DNA of 64,000 bases. It comes from Candidatus Calditenuis fumarioli (lineage in GTDB: Archaea; Thermoproteota; Nitrososphaeria_A; Caldarchaeales; Calditenuaceae). Below the pieces are notes generated by a model. The model ran no database searches and was not told the DNA's origin. It saw only the letters and a program-made list of their open reading frames with translations. The stretch's first letter is position 1. Each line of letters begins with the position of its first letter. The position numbers and the translations under genes were made by a program. The stretch spans positions 704,001 to 768,000 of the forward strand of contig JANVYR010000001.1 of assembly GCA_030059665.1 (NCBI GenBank), in the 5' to 3' direction. Below, in pieces: positions 48,712-56,809 of the stretch.

Positions 48712-49240
48712 CACGTGACCTGCCGGCCGACCTCCGCGGCGCGCTTCGCCTCGAACGGCACGAAGGTCAGAACGGCCCTCGCCCACAAGGGGTCCCCGAT
48801 CTCGGCGAACCTCTGTCCCCTCCCTCTCCGCCTTCAGCACGGCCTTCCGGACCGTTTTCACGGAGAGGTCCACGTTTCAACCGCCCACTCCTGCGCCCCT
48901 CTGTCCATCCCAGGACCTCGAGCATCCAGCTCCTCAGGTCCTCCTCGCTCTCTATCTGCTCGGTGGAGAGCTGGCCCAGTATATGCCCGCCGAGCGTCAG
49001 CCCCAGGGTCAGACCCTTCCCCCACGAGGGCCGTAGCGTTGACCTGCAAAGGCAGATCCGACTATCCCTCCATCACTGTCCTGTCCGCGGCCTCGGAAAG
49101 GGAGACCCCTGTCTTGACGTATCCCAAATCAGATCAAAGCAACTCTGATGCTATCGACTGGACGGTCCTGCGACCGTCTGTCTTGATCCAGTAACAAAGA
49201 CCATGTTGCAGACGTCTGCATTCACTTTCCTCTCATCGCC
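48712..49240 (-). pseudogene. Decayed gene with HTH-like segment
   Basis: Frames can be joined as CYWIKTDGRRTVQSIASELL*SDLG..., GLTLGGHILGQLSTEQIESEEDLRSWMLEVLGW, DLSVKTVRKAVLKAEREG and FAEIGDPLWARAVLTFVPF...*; this requires at least two stops and several frameshifts. Confidence 0.4.
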
Positions 49241-49284
49241 CTGAGATGGGGAGTGAGGCTATCACATTTAATCCTCGTGGCACT

Positions 49285-51201
49285 TCATGGTTGAAGCCCG
49301 CATCGTTGCAGACGACCCTCATCTACACGCTCGGTCCCCGCGCGCCAGACCACCTTTACCGCCCTTCCTGTCCTAGGCGTCGTAACGACGGCCTCTTCCC
49401 ATCCTAGCGTAGCCAATGCATCCCTCTGCGCGTCGTTTAGCATCATCCTCTCCGAGACGACCTCCAGATCGTCGGCACCCGTCAGCCTCTTGCAGATCAC
49501 CGTCCCAGGAAGGGAGACGGCGTCGTCGGATATCCTCGACGGCCTCTGGTCTACTATCCAGACCGACTCTCCGAACTTCCTCACCTCCCTGAGCATCTGC
49601 TCTACGATAGTAGTCCTCCCGGTCTCGGTCCTGGGGAGCAGGTTGTGCGCCTCCTCGCAGACGACGACGTGGATCTTGCTTCCCCTGCCCGACCTCCTCC
49701 TCTGCTCGAAGATCGCCTTGAGAACCAGCCAAGAGACGACGTTCCTCTCCCGCTCAGAGCTGAGGGACGAAAGGTCTATCACCGCGTCCTCCGTAAGCAG
49801 CTCGCCGATGCCGATTGCACCTTCCCCTCCTTCTATGAACCTCGATGCACTTCCGTCCGCAAGCTCGGAGATCCTAGAATAAAGCGAGAAGAGCGCGTCC
49901 CTTGCCCTCCTCGAGTCCAGGAATCCCCTGATCAGTTCTGAACCGCTTCCCTCGAGGTACCGGACGAAGAGCGATGGCCTGAAGTCTTTGAACTCGGCCC
50001 TGAACCTCCTGTATGCTGTCCTGAAGACGGCCGACTGGAGCGGGCCGAACTCCTCGGGCCAGGCCATGGAGAATATGTCCGAAAGGAACACCGACTCCTC
50101 TTCAGGATCTGACTCAGCGGTAAGGAGCTTTAGACCCTCCACATCGCCTCCGGGCCCCACGACCACGTCGGCATTCTCCCTGTACTCTCCGTGCCTGTCC
50201 AGAACGAGGTACCTGATCCCGAGCGACCTGAGCCTCGTCAACAGGGCCTTGACCAGGGAGGTCTTGCCCGATCCGGGGGAGCCGAAGACCGCCAGGGAGT
50301 GAGGGAGGTGCTCGATGGGCACTGAGACCGGAACCCTTCCACCTGGTCCGTGAGAGAACCCTATCAGGAGACCTCTGCCTCCGGCCTCGCCCCTCATCGG
50401 ACGGTGGAAGACCTCTCTTCTGACCACGGCATAGCTCAGGGATGGCGAGAGAACAGGACCCGTCCTGAGGAGCACAGCTAGCTCTTTGGTGGTCAGGTAA
50501 TGCTCCCTGGGCCTTCTGGACCTCTCCAGCTCCGCCATCAGATAGGATCGGGCCAGAGGCTTCAGAACCCTCACGGCGGGGCCGTCGTGAGCTAGGACCT
50601 CGACAGATACGGCCCAGCCCTCCTCGAGCAGCTCGCTGGCCCTCCAGAGCTCCCTCCTCATCCTCTCCATCCTAGGGAGAAGCTCGGGCCTGACCTCCTC
50701 CCTTCCCTCGGACCTCCCTCCTTCCCTCTCGGTCACGATGGACCTGATGGAAGCCTCTGCTTTGCTGAGGTCCTCGGAGACCTCCCTGAGATGAGCCGAG
50801 ATCCTGAACCTGTCCAGGAATCCCCTGGCCGGCCTGGCGGAGATCACCAGGTCGTACTCGAGTCCGGCGGAGGACGTGGTCCTGAGGAAACCCTCTACGT
50901 CAGCCGAATGCTGCCACCCGTCGAGGAGGCGCTTAATTCCGAGTGACGTGCGGTCAGCGTCACCGAGCTGGAACGTCCCTCCAGGGCTGCATGCTCCGGT
51001 CATGGACCGCAGCAGCCTCACCACATCCCCCGGTTCCATGCCCTCTATACCGATCAGCAGGGAGAAGTTCGCCTTCCTGACCGAGTAGACCGTGACGAGC
51101 TTCCTGTTCATGGCCCAGCACGCCCTAAGTATCCTAGACCTCTCCTCGGTCGAGAGCTCGGGCAAAGAGACCGAGACGAGCTCAGGGACCGAGATATGCA
51201 A
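49285..51201 (-). CDS. HerA/VirB4/FtsK-clade (DUF87-like) ATPase with about 290-aa N-terminal extension
   Basis: Walker A FGSPGSGKT, VLDRHGEY, Walker B VVVCEEAH, LREVRKFG, DQRPS. Confidence 0.88.
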   Translation of the reverse strand: MHISVPELVSVSLPELSTEERSRILRACWAMNRKLVTVYSVRKANFSLLIGIEGMEPGDVVRLLRSMTGACSPGGTFQLGDADRTSLGIKRLLDGWQHSADVEGFLRTTSSAGLEYDLVISARPARGFLDRFRISAHLREVSEDLSKAEASIRSIVTEREGGRSEGREEVRPELLPRMERMRRELWRASELLEEGWAVSVEVLAHDGPAVRVLKPLARSYLMAELERSRRPREHYLTTKELAVLLRTGPVLSPSLSYAVVRREVFHRPMRGEAGGRGLLIGFSHGPGGRVPVSVPIEHLPHSLAVFGSPGSGKTSLVKALLTRLRSLGIRYLVLDRHGEYRENADVVVGPGGDVEGLKLLTAESDPEEESVFLSDIFSMAWPEEFGPLQSAVFRTAYRRFRAEFKDFRPSLFVRYLEGSGSELIRGFLDSRRARDALFSLYSRISELADGSASRFIEGGEGAIGIGELLTEDAVIDLSSLSSERERNVVSWLVLKAIFEQRRRSGRGSKIHVVVCEEAHNLLPRTETGRTTIVEQMLREVRKFGESVWIVDQRPSRISDDAVSLPGTVICKRLTGADDLEVVSERMMLNDAQRDALATLGWEEAVVTTPRTGRAVKVVWRAGTERVDEGRLQRCGLQP

Positions 51202-51817
51202 CCAATCTCGCCCTCCTGCCGTTCAGGCTGACCAGCTCCTCGGCGACCAGGCCCTCCTCCTCGAGCTCCCTCACCCACTTCCTGACCGTCGGCAGCGAGA
51301 GGCCTGCAACCCTAGCCAGCTCGGACTTCGTCACGCTTCCCCTCTCCCTCAGGACCCGGAGTATCCTGTCCCTGGGGCCCTCGATGGCGTCAGTCCTCGA
51401 ATGGACGTAGTTCAGGCCTCCGTCGGTCCAGAGATCCTTTCCCCCTGATGGCGTTACCGCCTCTTCCCGGCCCATCAGTCCTGAGATGGCGCCTGCGGCC
51501 ATACGCGCTAAAGCGAGGGGGCCGATGCCGGCGAACCTCCGGAGGAGCGCCAGGGCGGTAGCCGCTATAGCAGCAGCGCCCACCATGGGGTTCTCCACGG
51601 AGAGGACCGCGGCCGAGAGGGTCGCCGTGACCAGGAGACCGGTCTTAAGGACCCTCAGACTCCCGGTCAGGAGAGCTGAGAGCAGGGTGAGATAGAGTCC
51701 CATCGAGAGGACCAGGGATGAGGTCCCCATCCACTCGGTGATGCCGTAGACCGCGATGGCCGGGATCGCCGGCGCGAGCAGCTTGACCGTTGCCGAGCCG
51801 GTGCCCATCCAGGTCAA
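51182..51817 (-). CDS. Membrane-anchored winged-helix protein (N-terminal multi-TM, C-terminal wHTH)
   Basis: About 110 hydrophobic residues, then RDRILRVLRERGSVTKSELARVAGLSLPTVRKWVRELEEEGLV. Confidence 0.8.
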   Translation of the reverse strand: MTWMGTGSATVKLLAPAIPAIAVYGITEWMGTSSLVLSMGLYLTLLSALLTGSLRVLKTGLLVTATLSAAVLSVENPMVGAAAIAATALALLRRFAGIGPLALARMAAGAISGLMGREEAVTPSGGKDLWTDGGLNYVHSRTDAIEGPRDRILRVLRERGSVTKSELARVAGLSLPTVRKWVRELEEEGLVAEELVSLNGRRARLVAYLGP

Positions 51818-51979
51818 CGGAGGACGTACCCGCTTATCCGAATGCGACCCGAAACGGAATTTCTGGGCTTCTCCAGGCGGGGGAGGGGCTGGACCCCGGA
51901 CCGGGTTGATGGGAAAGGAAGGATGATAACTCGGTCTTAGCTGGGTCAGACCGGAGACGGGAGCGTCGGTGAGCGGAAC

Positions 51980-52693
51980 TTGTGTGACGATCCATACGAG
52001 GAGTACGGGTTGGACGCTCTGGGCGGGCTCCTCGTCCTGCTGATACTGCTCCTTGCGATATTGGTCCTCATCGATGCCATAGTGAAGGAGATCACAAAGC
52101 TCCTCATGAGCGTGAAGGCGATGCTGGACGCTCTGGTCGCGACGCTCATCTCGGCCTTTATGGTGGTGGTTATCGGGGCGCTTAACGCATTCGTCTATTT
52201 ACTCGTCGCCGTTGCAACCCTGATACTCGGCGTTCAGCTGTACAAGCGCTCCGACAAAATAATCGGGGCGCTCTCGTCCTTAGCACGCTGGATAGCGGGC
52301 CATATACATTACCGGATGATCGAGCCCCTCCTCGCGATCAGGGAGCTCAGGAGTACGCTGGATAGGATGTCCGGTGACACTTCCTGTCTGATGGTTCTCA
52401 TGGAGCTCTTAAATGGTCCGGCTGGAAGCATCAGCGAGCTCGGTGAAAGGGTCGGTAAAAGGGCCCTCAGCACCGTTCACACCCACATACGGCACCTGGT
52501 GGATTGTGGTCTGGTGGAGAGGGTCGAAGAGAGGATAACGGGCAGGAGGGGCTCTTCGGCCGAGGTCAGGGTGGGGCTGGCGAGGAGGTTCGACAGATGG
52601 ACCGCGAGGCTCTACCTCAGATGGAGGATAGGAAGGCTGCTGAAAGCCGGTGAAAGGGTTGCTGAAAGGCAAGGTTTGAGTAGCTTTCACTGA
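51980..52693 (+). CDS. Membrane-anchored ArsR-like winged-helix protein (N-terminal TM, C-terminal wHTH)
   Basis: LGGLLVLLILLLAILVLI and ATLISAFMVVVIGALNAFVYLLVAVATLILGV, then SISELGERVGKRALSTVHTHIRHLVDCGLVERVE. Confidence 0.78.
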   Translation: MCDDPYEEYGLDALGGLLVLLILLLAILVLIDAIVKEITKLLMSVKAMLDALVATLISAFMVVVIGALNAFVYLLVAVATLILGVQLYKRSDKIIGALSSLARWIAGHIHYRMIEPLLAIRELRSTLDRMSGDTSCLMVLMELLNGPAGSISELGERVGKRALSTVHTHIRHLVDCGLVERVEERITGRRGSSAEVRVGLARRFDRWTARLYLRWRIGRLLKAGERVAERQGLSSFH

Positions 52694-52911
52694 CAGCTGA
52701 TTAGCGAGGAAGGCTGTACGGCCGCCAACGGTCGGATGGGATATAGTGGTACCTTGGTGAGAGAATGAGTGATGGGAAGTTTCAGGACCCCGGGGTTGAC
52801 CCGGAAGCGGTCGCGGCCCCGGGCCCGGGGGATAAGGCCGCGCCCCCTGATGGCGTTTTTGGGCGAAGCGCCCCCATCGGGGAATCTCTCGGGAGGGGAG
52901 GGGTTGAGAGA

Positions 52912-53694
52912 TTGTCCAGAAAGTTCTACGCCGACGTCCACTGGAGGAAGGACCACGTGGTCGTAGCAGACGGGATCGTTAAGAGGTTCAGGAAGCTCGG
53001 CGACATACCCGCACAGGCCGGAGACGAGCTGTACGTGGATGCGATGCTACCGAGCAGATTTCAGGAGTTCGAGGAGTTGCTGAACAGAGGTGTCCGGGTA
53101 TTCTACCTGAGGAGGACCGACGTCTTGGAGAAGTACAGGGAGAAGAAGAGCGATGAGGACGACGCCAGGGCGCTGATGAGAATACCACAACACCTCTTCA
53201 GGGAGCTCATAGGAAAGGAGCTGGAGGTCAGAAGGCTTCTGCACAAATACACGACGACGAAATCGCACCTGGAACTTGTAAAGCAACTGTCACGCGAGGC
53301 GGATGATGAGGAGACCAGGGCACACTACAGACATCTCATCAATCACCTGAGGAGGCGGAAATACAAACTGGCTAAAGAGATAGACGCGTTGGCTAGAAAC
53401 TTCCTTCCGGTCCAACAGATAGCATGGAAACTTGGAATCATTTCAAACAATTGCCTCTTCGGCAGGGTAGCTCTGGTTCAGCTGCTGTTGTACGTGGACT
53501 TCAGCTTAGGGCTGAGAAAGATATTGACCTATACCGGTAACTACTATCCTAACGACGGAAGGTACAGCAGAACTCTAAAGGATGCAACCGAATCGCTGAC
53601 AATCAGCGTCAAGAGAAGGCAGAAGATCAAGGGAAAAGAGGTGAGAGAGGTCCTGAAAACCATAAAGAACGTGCTGAAGGCGATGAAGAGGTGA
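52912..53694 (+). mobile_element. Compact IS110-family-like (DEDD RuvC-type) recombinase/transposase
   Basis: FYADVH (first D), ELYVDAM (D at the usual E position), KSDEDDARAL (KTDxxDA motif), helical linker, short C-terminal RKILTYTG...GRYSRTLK; probable TTG start at 52912. Confidence 0.6.
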
Positions 53695-53698
53695 GAAC

Positions 53699-53811
53699 GG
53701 GGGAAAGAGCCGGATGGGGACCTGGGCAATAGAGCACCGAATGCAGACCTACCGAAAGGGGGGATGAAGCAATTACCAAGCCAATGCTCTAGGTTCTCAT
53801 TCCGGCTCCCC
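53699..53811 (+). ncRNA. Candidate structured RNA downstream of the IS110-like gene
   Basis: Nested stems GAGCCGGA (53707-14)/TCCGGCTC (53801-08), ACCT/AGGT and TAGAGCA (53730-36)/TGCTCTA (53785-91), with an internal CC-GAAA-GG hairpin. Confidence 0.4.
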
Positions 53812-53884
53812 TAGACGGCATACGGCTGGCGATCTAACCCCTCCCCTCTCTTTTTCAATGCCCTCTTCTCACGTTAATTACAGG

Positions 53885-53892
53885 TTTAAATG
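53885..53892 (+). promoter_or_regulatory. TATA box of tRNA-Thr
   Basis: GTTTAAAT about 25-30 nt upstream of the mature 5' end. Confidence 0.6.
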
Positions 53893-53915
53893 TAGAGTTC
53901 ACGGAATTCCGCTTA

Positions 53916-54013
53916 GCCCCGGTAGCTCAGGTGGCGGAGAATTGGGAGAACCCCCAATCTGAATCACCGGCTTGGTAAGCCGGGGGTCGCGGGTTCAAGT
54001 CCCGCCCGGGGCT
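53916..54013 (+). tRNA. tRNA-Thr(GGT) with a 25-nt intron in the D stem (about position 24/25; 53940-53964)
   Basis: Acceptor GCCCCGG/CCGGGGC, anticodon arm CCGGC-TTGGTAA-GCCGG, T arm GCGGG-TTCAAGT-CCCGC. The D stem GCTC/GAGC forms only after removing AATTGGGAGAACCCCCAATCTGAAT. Confidence 0.93.
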
Positions 54014-54390
54014 CACCTGGCTTAATTGGGACGTTCTCAGACGGAATTGGGCGAGCCGTCCGGGAGGACTCGACAGAAACCCAGGCGTTAGGAGATGCCC
54101 AAACAGCACACGGCCTAACGTTGGAATACGCTCAAACGGTCCCGATGTGGACTGGGCCTTCGTGGAGATGGTGATGCTCCAGAACTATAGCTGCAGGTGG
54201 GCAAGGGAGTGCCTGCGCCTCATGAGGCGCTACGCTCATTCCCTGTGCTCAGGCGATGCCTCATCCCTCTTGACGCTCGGTCCCCACGAATGGCTCGAGG
54301 CGATGAAGGCGCGCGGCATGCTCTCGAGGGTCTAGGGCTCCGAGTGAGTGGAGAGCGATCAGAGAGGCTTATGGGCTCAAGTGGAGCCTA
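53979..54390 (+). pseudogene. Inactivated archaeal tyrosine integrase fragment, int(C)-like
   Basis: Frame is open from the tRNA 3' half (GRGFKSRPG) to DWAF...RYAHSLCSGDASSLLTL...AMKA..LSRV*G, then after a frameshift EWRAIREAYGLKWS. This matches my recollection of tRNA-adjacent TACK integrases. Confidence 0.65.
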
Positions 54391-54521
54391 GGCGAATGCG
54401 CATCACCTCCGATGCTCTCTGGAGGAGCATATTCGAGCCTTCTGTCCGATGCGCACAGGGTCTGAAAGCCCTTGAGGAGGGCAGGGAAGCGCGCTCCCCT
54501 CAAACATAGGCCTCGGTTGAT

Positions 54522-55259
54522 GTGTTGATGGACCAGGGTCTTATTACGACCTTTGCTGGTATCAGTAGGTGTCTCGTTGTGGCGAGGGGTCTCCGGCTCA
54601 GACTCGACCGGAAGGACGTTGAGATTTTGAGGGCGCTCCAAGAAGACGCAAGGATTCCCCTCAAAGAGCTGGCCCTCAAAGTCGGTCTCAGCATACCATC
54701 TATAAGGAACAGGATCGATAAGTTGTTGGAACTAGGAGTCATAAAGAAGTTCACCGTTGTTATAGATTCCTCCAGGATCGCCGAGAGGGTCAGGGCGCTG
54801 ATATTGTGTAAGGTCCCGACAGATCGTCTCAAGGGATTAGGGGAGAAGCTCAGTAAGCTTGACTCCGTGAGGGAGCTACACGTGCTTGCCGGCTCGTATA
54901 ACATGGTGTTGAAGGCGGAATTCAGAGACTTCGAGGAGGTGATGAGGTTCGTCCATGAGAGGTTACCAGGAACTCTAGACATGGAGGTTCTGATAATTTC
55001 AGGCACCTATAAGGAGGAGTATGGAGGAAACGTCTACCCTGACGAGGCCATCAGGATGAGGTGTGACTTCTGCCACTCACTTATCGTCGAGAAACCGGTC
55101 GTGAGGGAGATAGGAGGAGGCAGGTACTATTTCTCCAGTGAGGAGTGCGCCGAGGCCTTCGAGCGGAGGTTGAGGGGCGAGGAGAAGGAGGTACCCTGGT
55201 GGGAGAAGCAGTCCCAAGAACCTTCAAGAACCCGTAGGAGGCGGAAGGGAGGCGGATAG
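54522..55259 (+). CDS. Lrp/AsnC regulator with C-terminal TRASH metal-binding domain (true start probably about 54580-54600)
   Basis: LDRKDVEILRALQEDAR...ELA..VGLS...IRNRI..L...GVIKKF; RAM-like middle; CDFC...YYFSSEEC. Confidence 0.88.
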   Translation: MLMDQGLITTFAGISRCLVVARGLRLRLDRKDVEILRALQEDARIPLKELALKVGLSIPSIRNRIDKLLELGVIKKFTVVIDSSRIAERVRALILCKVPTDRLKGLGEKLSKLDSVRELHVLAGSYNMVLKAEFRDFEEVMRFVHERLPGTLDMEVLIISGTYKEEYGGNVYPDEAIRMRCDFCHSLIVEKPVVREIGGGRYYFSSEECAEAFERRLRGEEKEVPWWEKQSQEPSRTRRRRKGGG

Positions 55260-55973
55260 AAGCGCCTGAGTAATCGGCCCATCGCTCCTTAACCTCACGA
55301 TTCCCTCCGAGTCTATGACGAACGTGGTGTCGACGTATGCGATCCTCCATTCTCTGGCCAACTCGCCGCTCTCGTCCAGGACCAGATGCCATCGCCTGTC
55401 TCCCCACTGAGAAACGAATGAGGTCAGAACGTCGGCGTCTTCCGGCGGCGGTACTCCTGGACGTCCCTCAAGTCCAGCCATCTTCAACACCTGCCTCGTC
55501 CAGAGGTCCACCACAATTACGACCACTCTATCTCCCTTCTCCTTGACGACCTCCTTAATCGCCGGACCGACCGAAGCGCAGCTGGGGCACCAAGCGGCCA
55601 TGAACCAAACCACGACGAACTTCCCCCTGAGCTCCGAGAGCCTCATCGTCCTGCCATCGATGGTCCTGAAGGTGGAGTCCGGCGCCCTCATGCCTTCGTA
55701 TGGGCCTACCTTCGAGTCCGCTGCGGTCCGTTGGGTCTCGGTCGTCACGCTCCTTTCTGCTAACCTAGTGGGAAGTCCGCTTTGGCGTCCAGCGTCCCAA
55801 CTCCCAAAGAGGGCCAAGAACGCAATAACCCCTATGAGGAGAAGGCAACACGCTAAGAAGGTTGCTACCTGCCAGCTTCGCCTTCCGCTACCTTCCTTGA
55901 AAGCTGTTGACCTCTTAGCTCTCTTTACGTTGGATGAACTGGAGGTTCGCCCTCCACCACAGCACGTAGCCAC
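55224..55973 (-). CDS. Membrane-anchored TlpA/redoxin-family thioredoxin-fold protein
   Basis: N-terminal TCCGG, one TM, LSELRGK.VVVWF.A.WCPSC, PTTF-like DTTFVIDSEG.VR. Confidence 0.82.
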   Translation of the reverse strand: MATCCGGGRTSSSSNVKRAKRSTAFKEGSGRRSWQVATFLACCLLLIGVIAFLALFGSWDAGRQSGLPTRLAERSVTTETQRTAADSKVGPYEGMRAPDSTFRTIDGRTMRLSELRGKFVVVWFMAAWCPSCASVGPAIKEVVKEKGDRVVVIVVDLWTRQVLKMAGLEGRPGVPPPEDADVLTSFVSQWGDRRWHLVLDESGELAREWRIAYVDTTFVIDSEGIVRLRSDGPITQALLSASLPPPTGS

Positions 55974-55985
55974 GGCTCCCCACCT

Positions 55986-56684
55986 TCAGCAGCAGGCGGG
56001 TGTAGAAGACAACTCGAACCTCAGCTTCCTGTTAGCTTTCCCCATCGAACTCCTGGCCCATCTCCTGTAAAGCGACCAGTGATTGAGCCATAACAGCGCC
56101 ACAGAGAGGACGACCAAGAGCTTACCGTATGTGCTAATCGAGCCCGCGATTAAGGGCAATGCGCCAGCCGACAGTAAGACCGCGAACACCAATCCACCGC
56201 CGCAACAGGAGAAGACGCTGAAGGCTGCCGGGAGCGCCGAGACGAAGACCGAGACGGACCTAGTGAGCGCCGTCCTCCTCGGACAACTCGTGACACCTCT
56301 GTGATAGATGTAGTAGAGAGATGATGCGTTGAGGCCCACGAGGGACGAGAGCACCAAAGTTGACAGGAAGGCCTCGAGGTTCACAGAGAGCGTCCAATAT
56401 CTATCAATGTAAGCTATGAGCCAGGGGACTTGTCCGATGGGACCTCTTGTTATAAGAGTGATCTGTGGCACTGATATATACGATGGAATAGGTTGCGGGT
56501 TCCGAAATACCACTCCTATCGCGAACGCGTAGACCAACGCGAATATGACAGCTGACATTACCCCTGTGTTCCTAGCTCTCTTGTCAGACATCAATGCTCT
56601 GACGAATCCCTTGTACGTCATCCTCATAACGTCCCCTTCTATATCCCGACTAAAGCCTTGTCGTTTAATCTTTCGAAGCTTCAC
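55986..56684 (-). CDS. Cys-pair-rich membrane protein (start possibly ATG 56627)
   Basis: Four hydrophobic segments, SCP, FSCCGGG, C-terminal ACC. Confidence 0.72.
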   Translation of the reverse strand: MKLRKIKRQGFSRDIEGDVMRMTYKGFVRALMSDKRARNTGVMSAVIFALVYAFAIGVVFRNPQPIPSYISVPQITLITRGPIGQVPWLIAYIDRYWTLSVNLEAFLSTLVLSSLVGLNASSLYYIYHRGVTSCPRRTALTRSVSVFVSALPAAFSVFSCCGGGLVFAVLLSAGALPLIAGSISTYGKLLVVLSVALLWLNHWSLYRRWARSSMGKANRKLRFELSSTPACC

Positions 56685-56809
56685 GCCCTTTGGGATCTCG
56701 TCGAAGCGATTGTTTTCGGGACATCAGCCTCAAAACCTGAAGGTAGAGCTGTAGAGCGCTTAAACGATTTACAGGAACGCACTAAATGTTATGAGGCTTT
56801 AACCGTGTA

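Larger units (their letters stand above)
41832..53915. mobile_element. Putative tRNA-Thr-integrated genomic island (CO dehydrogenase cargo, HerA/VirB4-like module, IS110-like gene)
   Basis: Bounded by the tRNA 5' half and a full tRNA-Thr in the same orientation; abrupt shift to A/T-richer sequence after 41832; several decayed ORFs inside. Confidence 0.55.

Noticed and set aside
53927-54109. Minus-strand 60-aa ORF (SPGRDLNPRPPAY)
   Set aside because: Antisense translation of the tRNA; the integrase-like similarity is on the plus strand.
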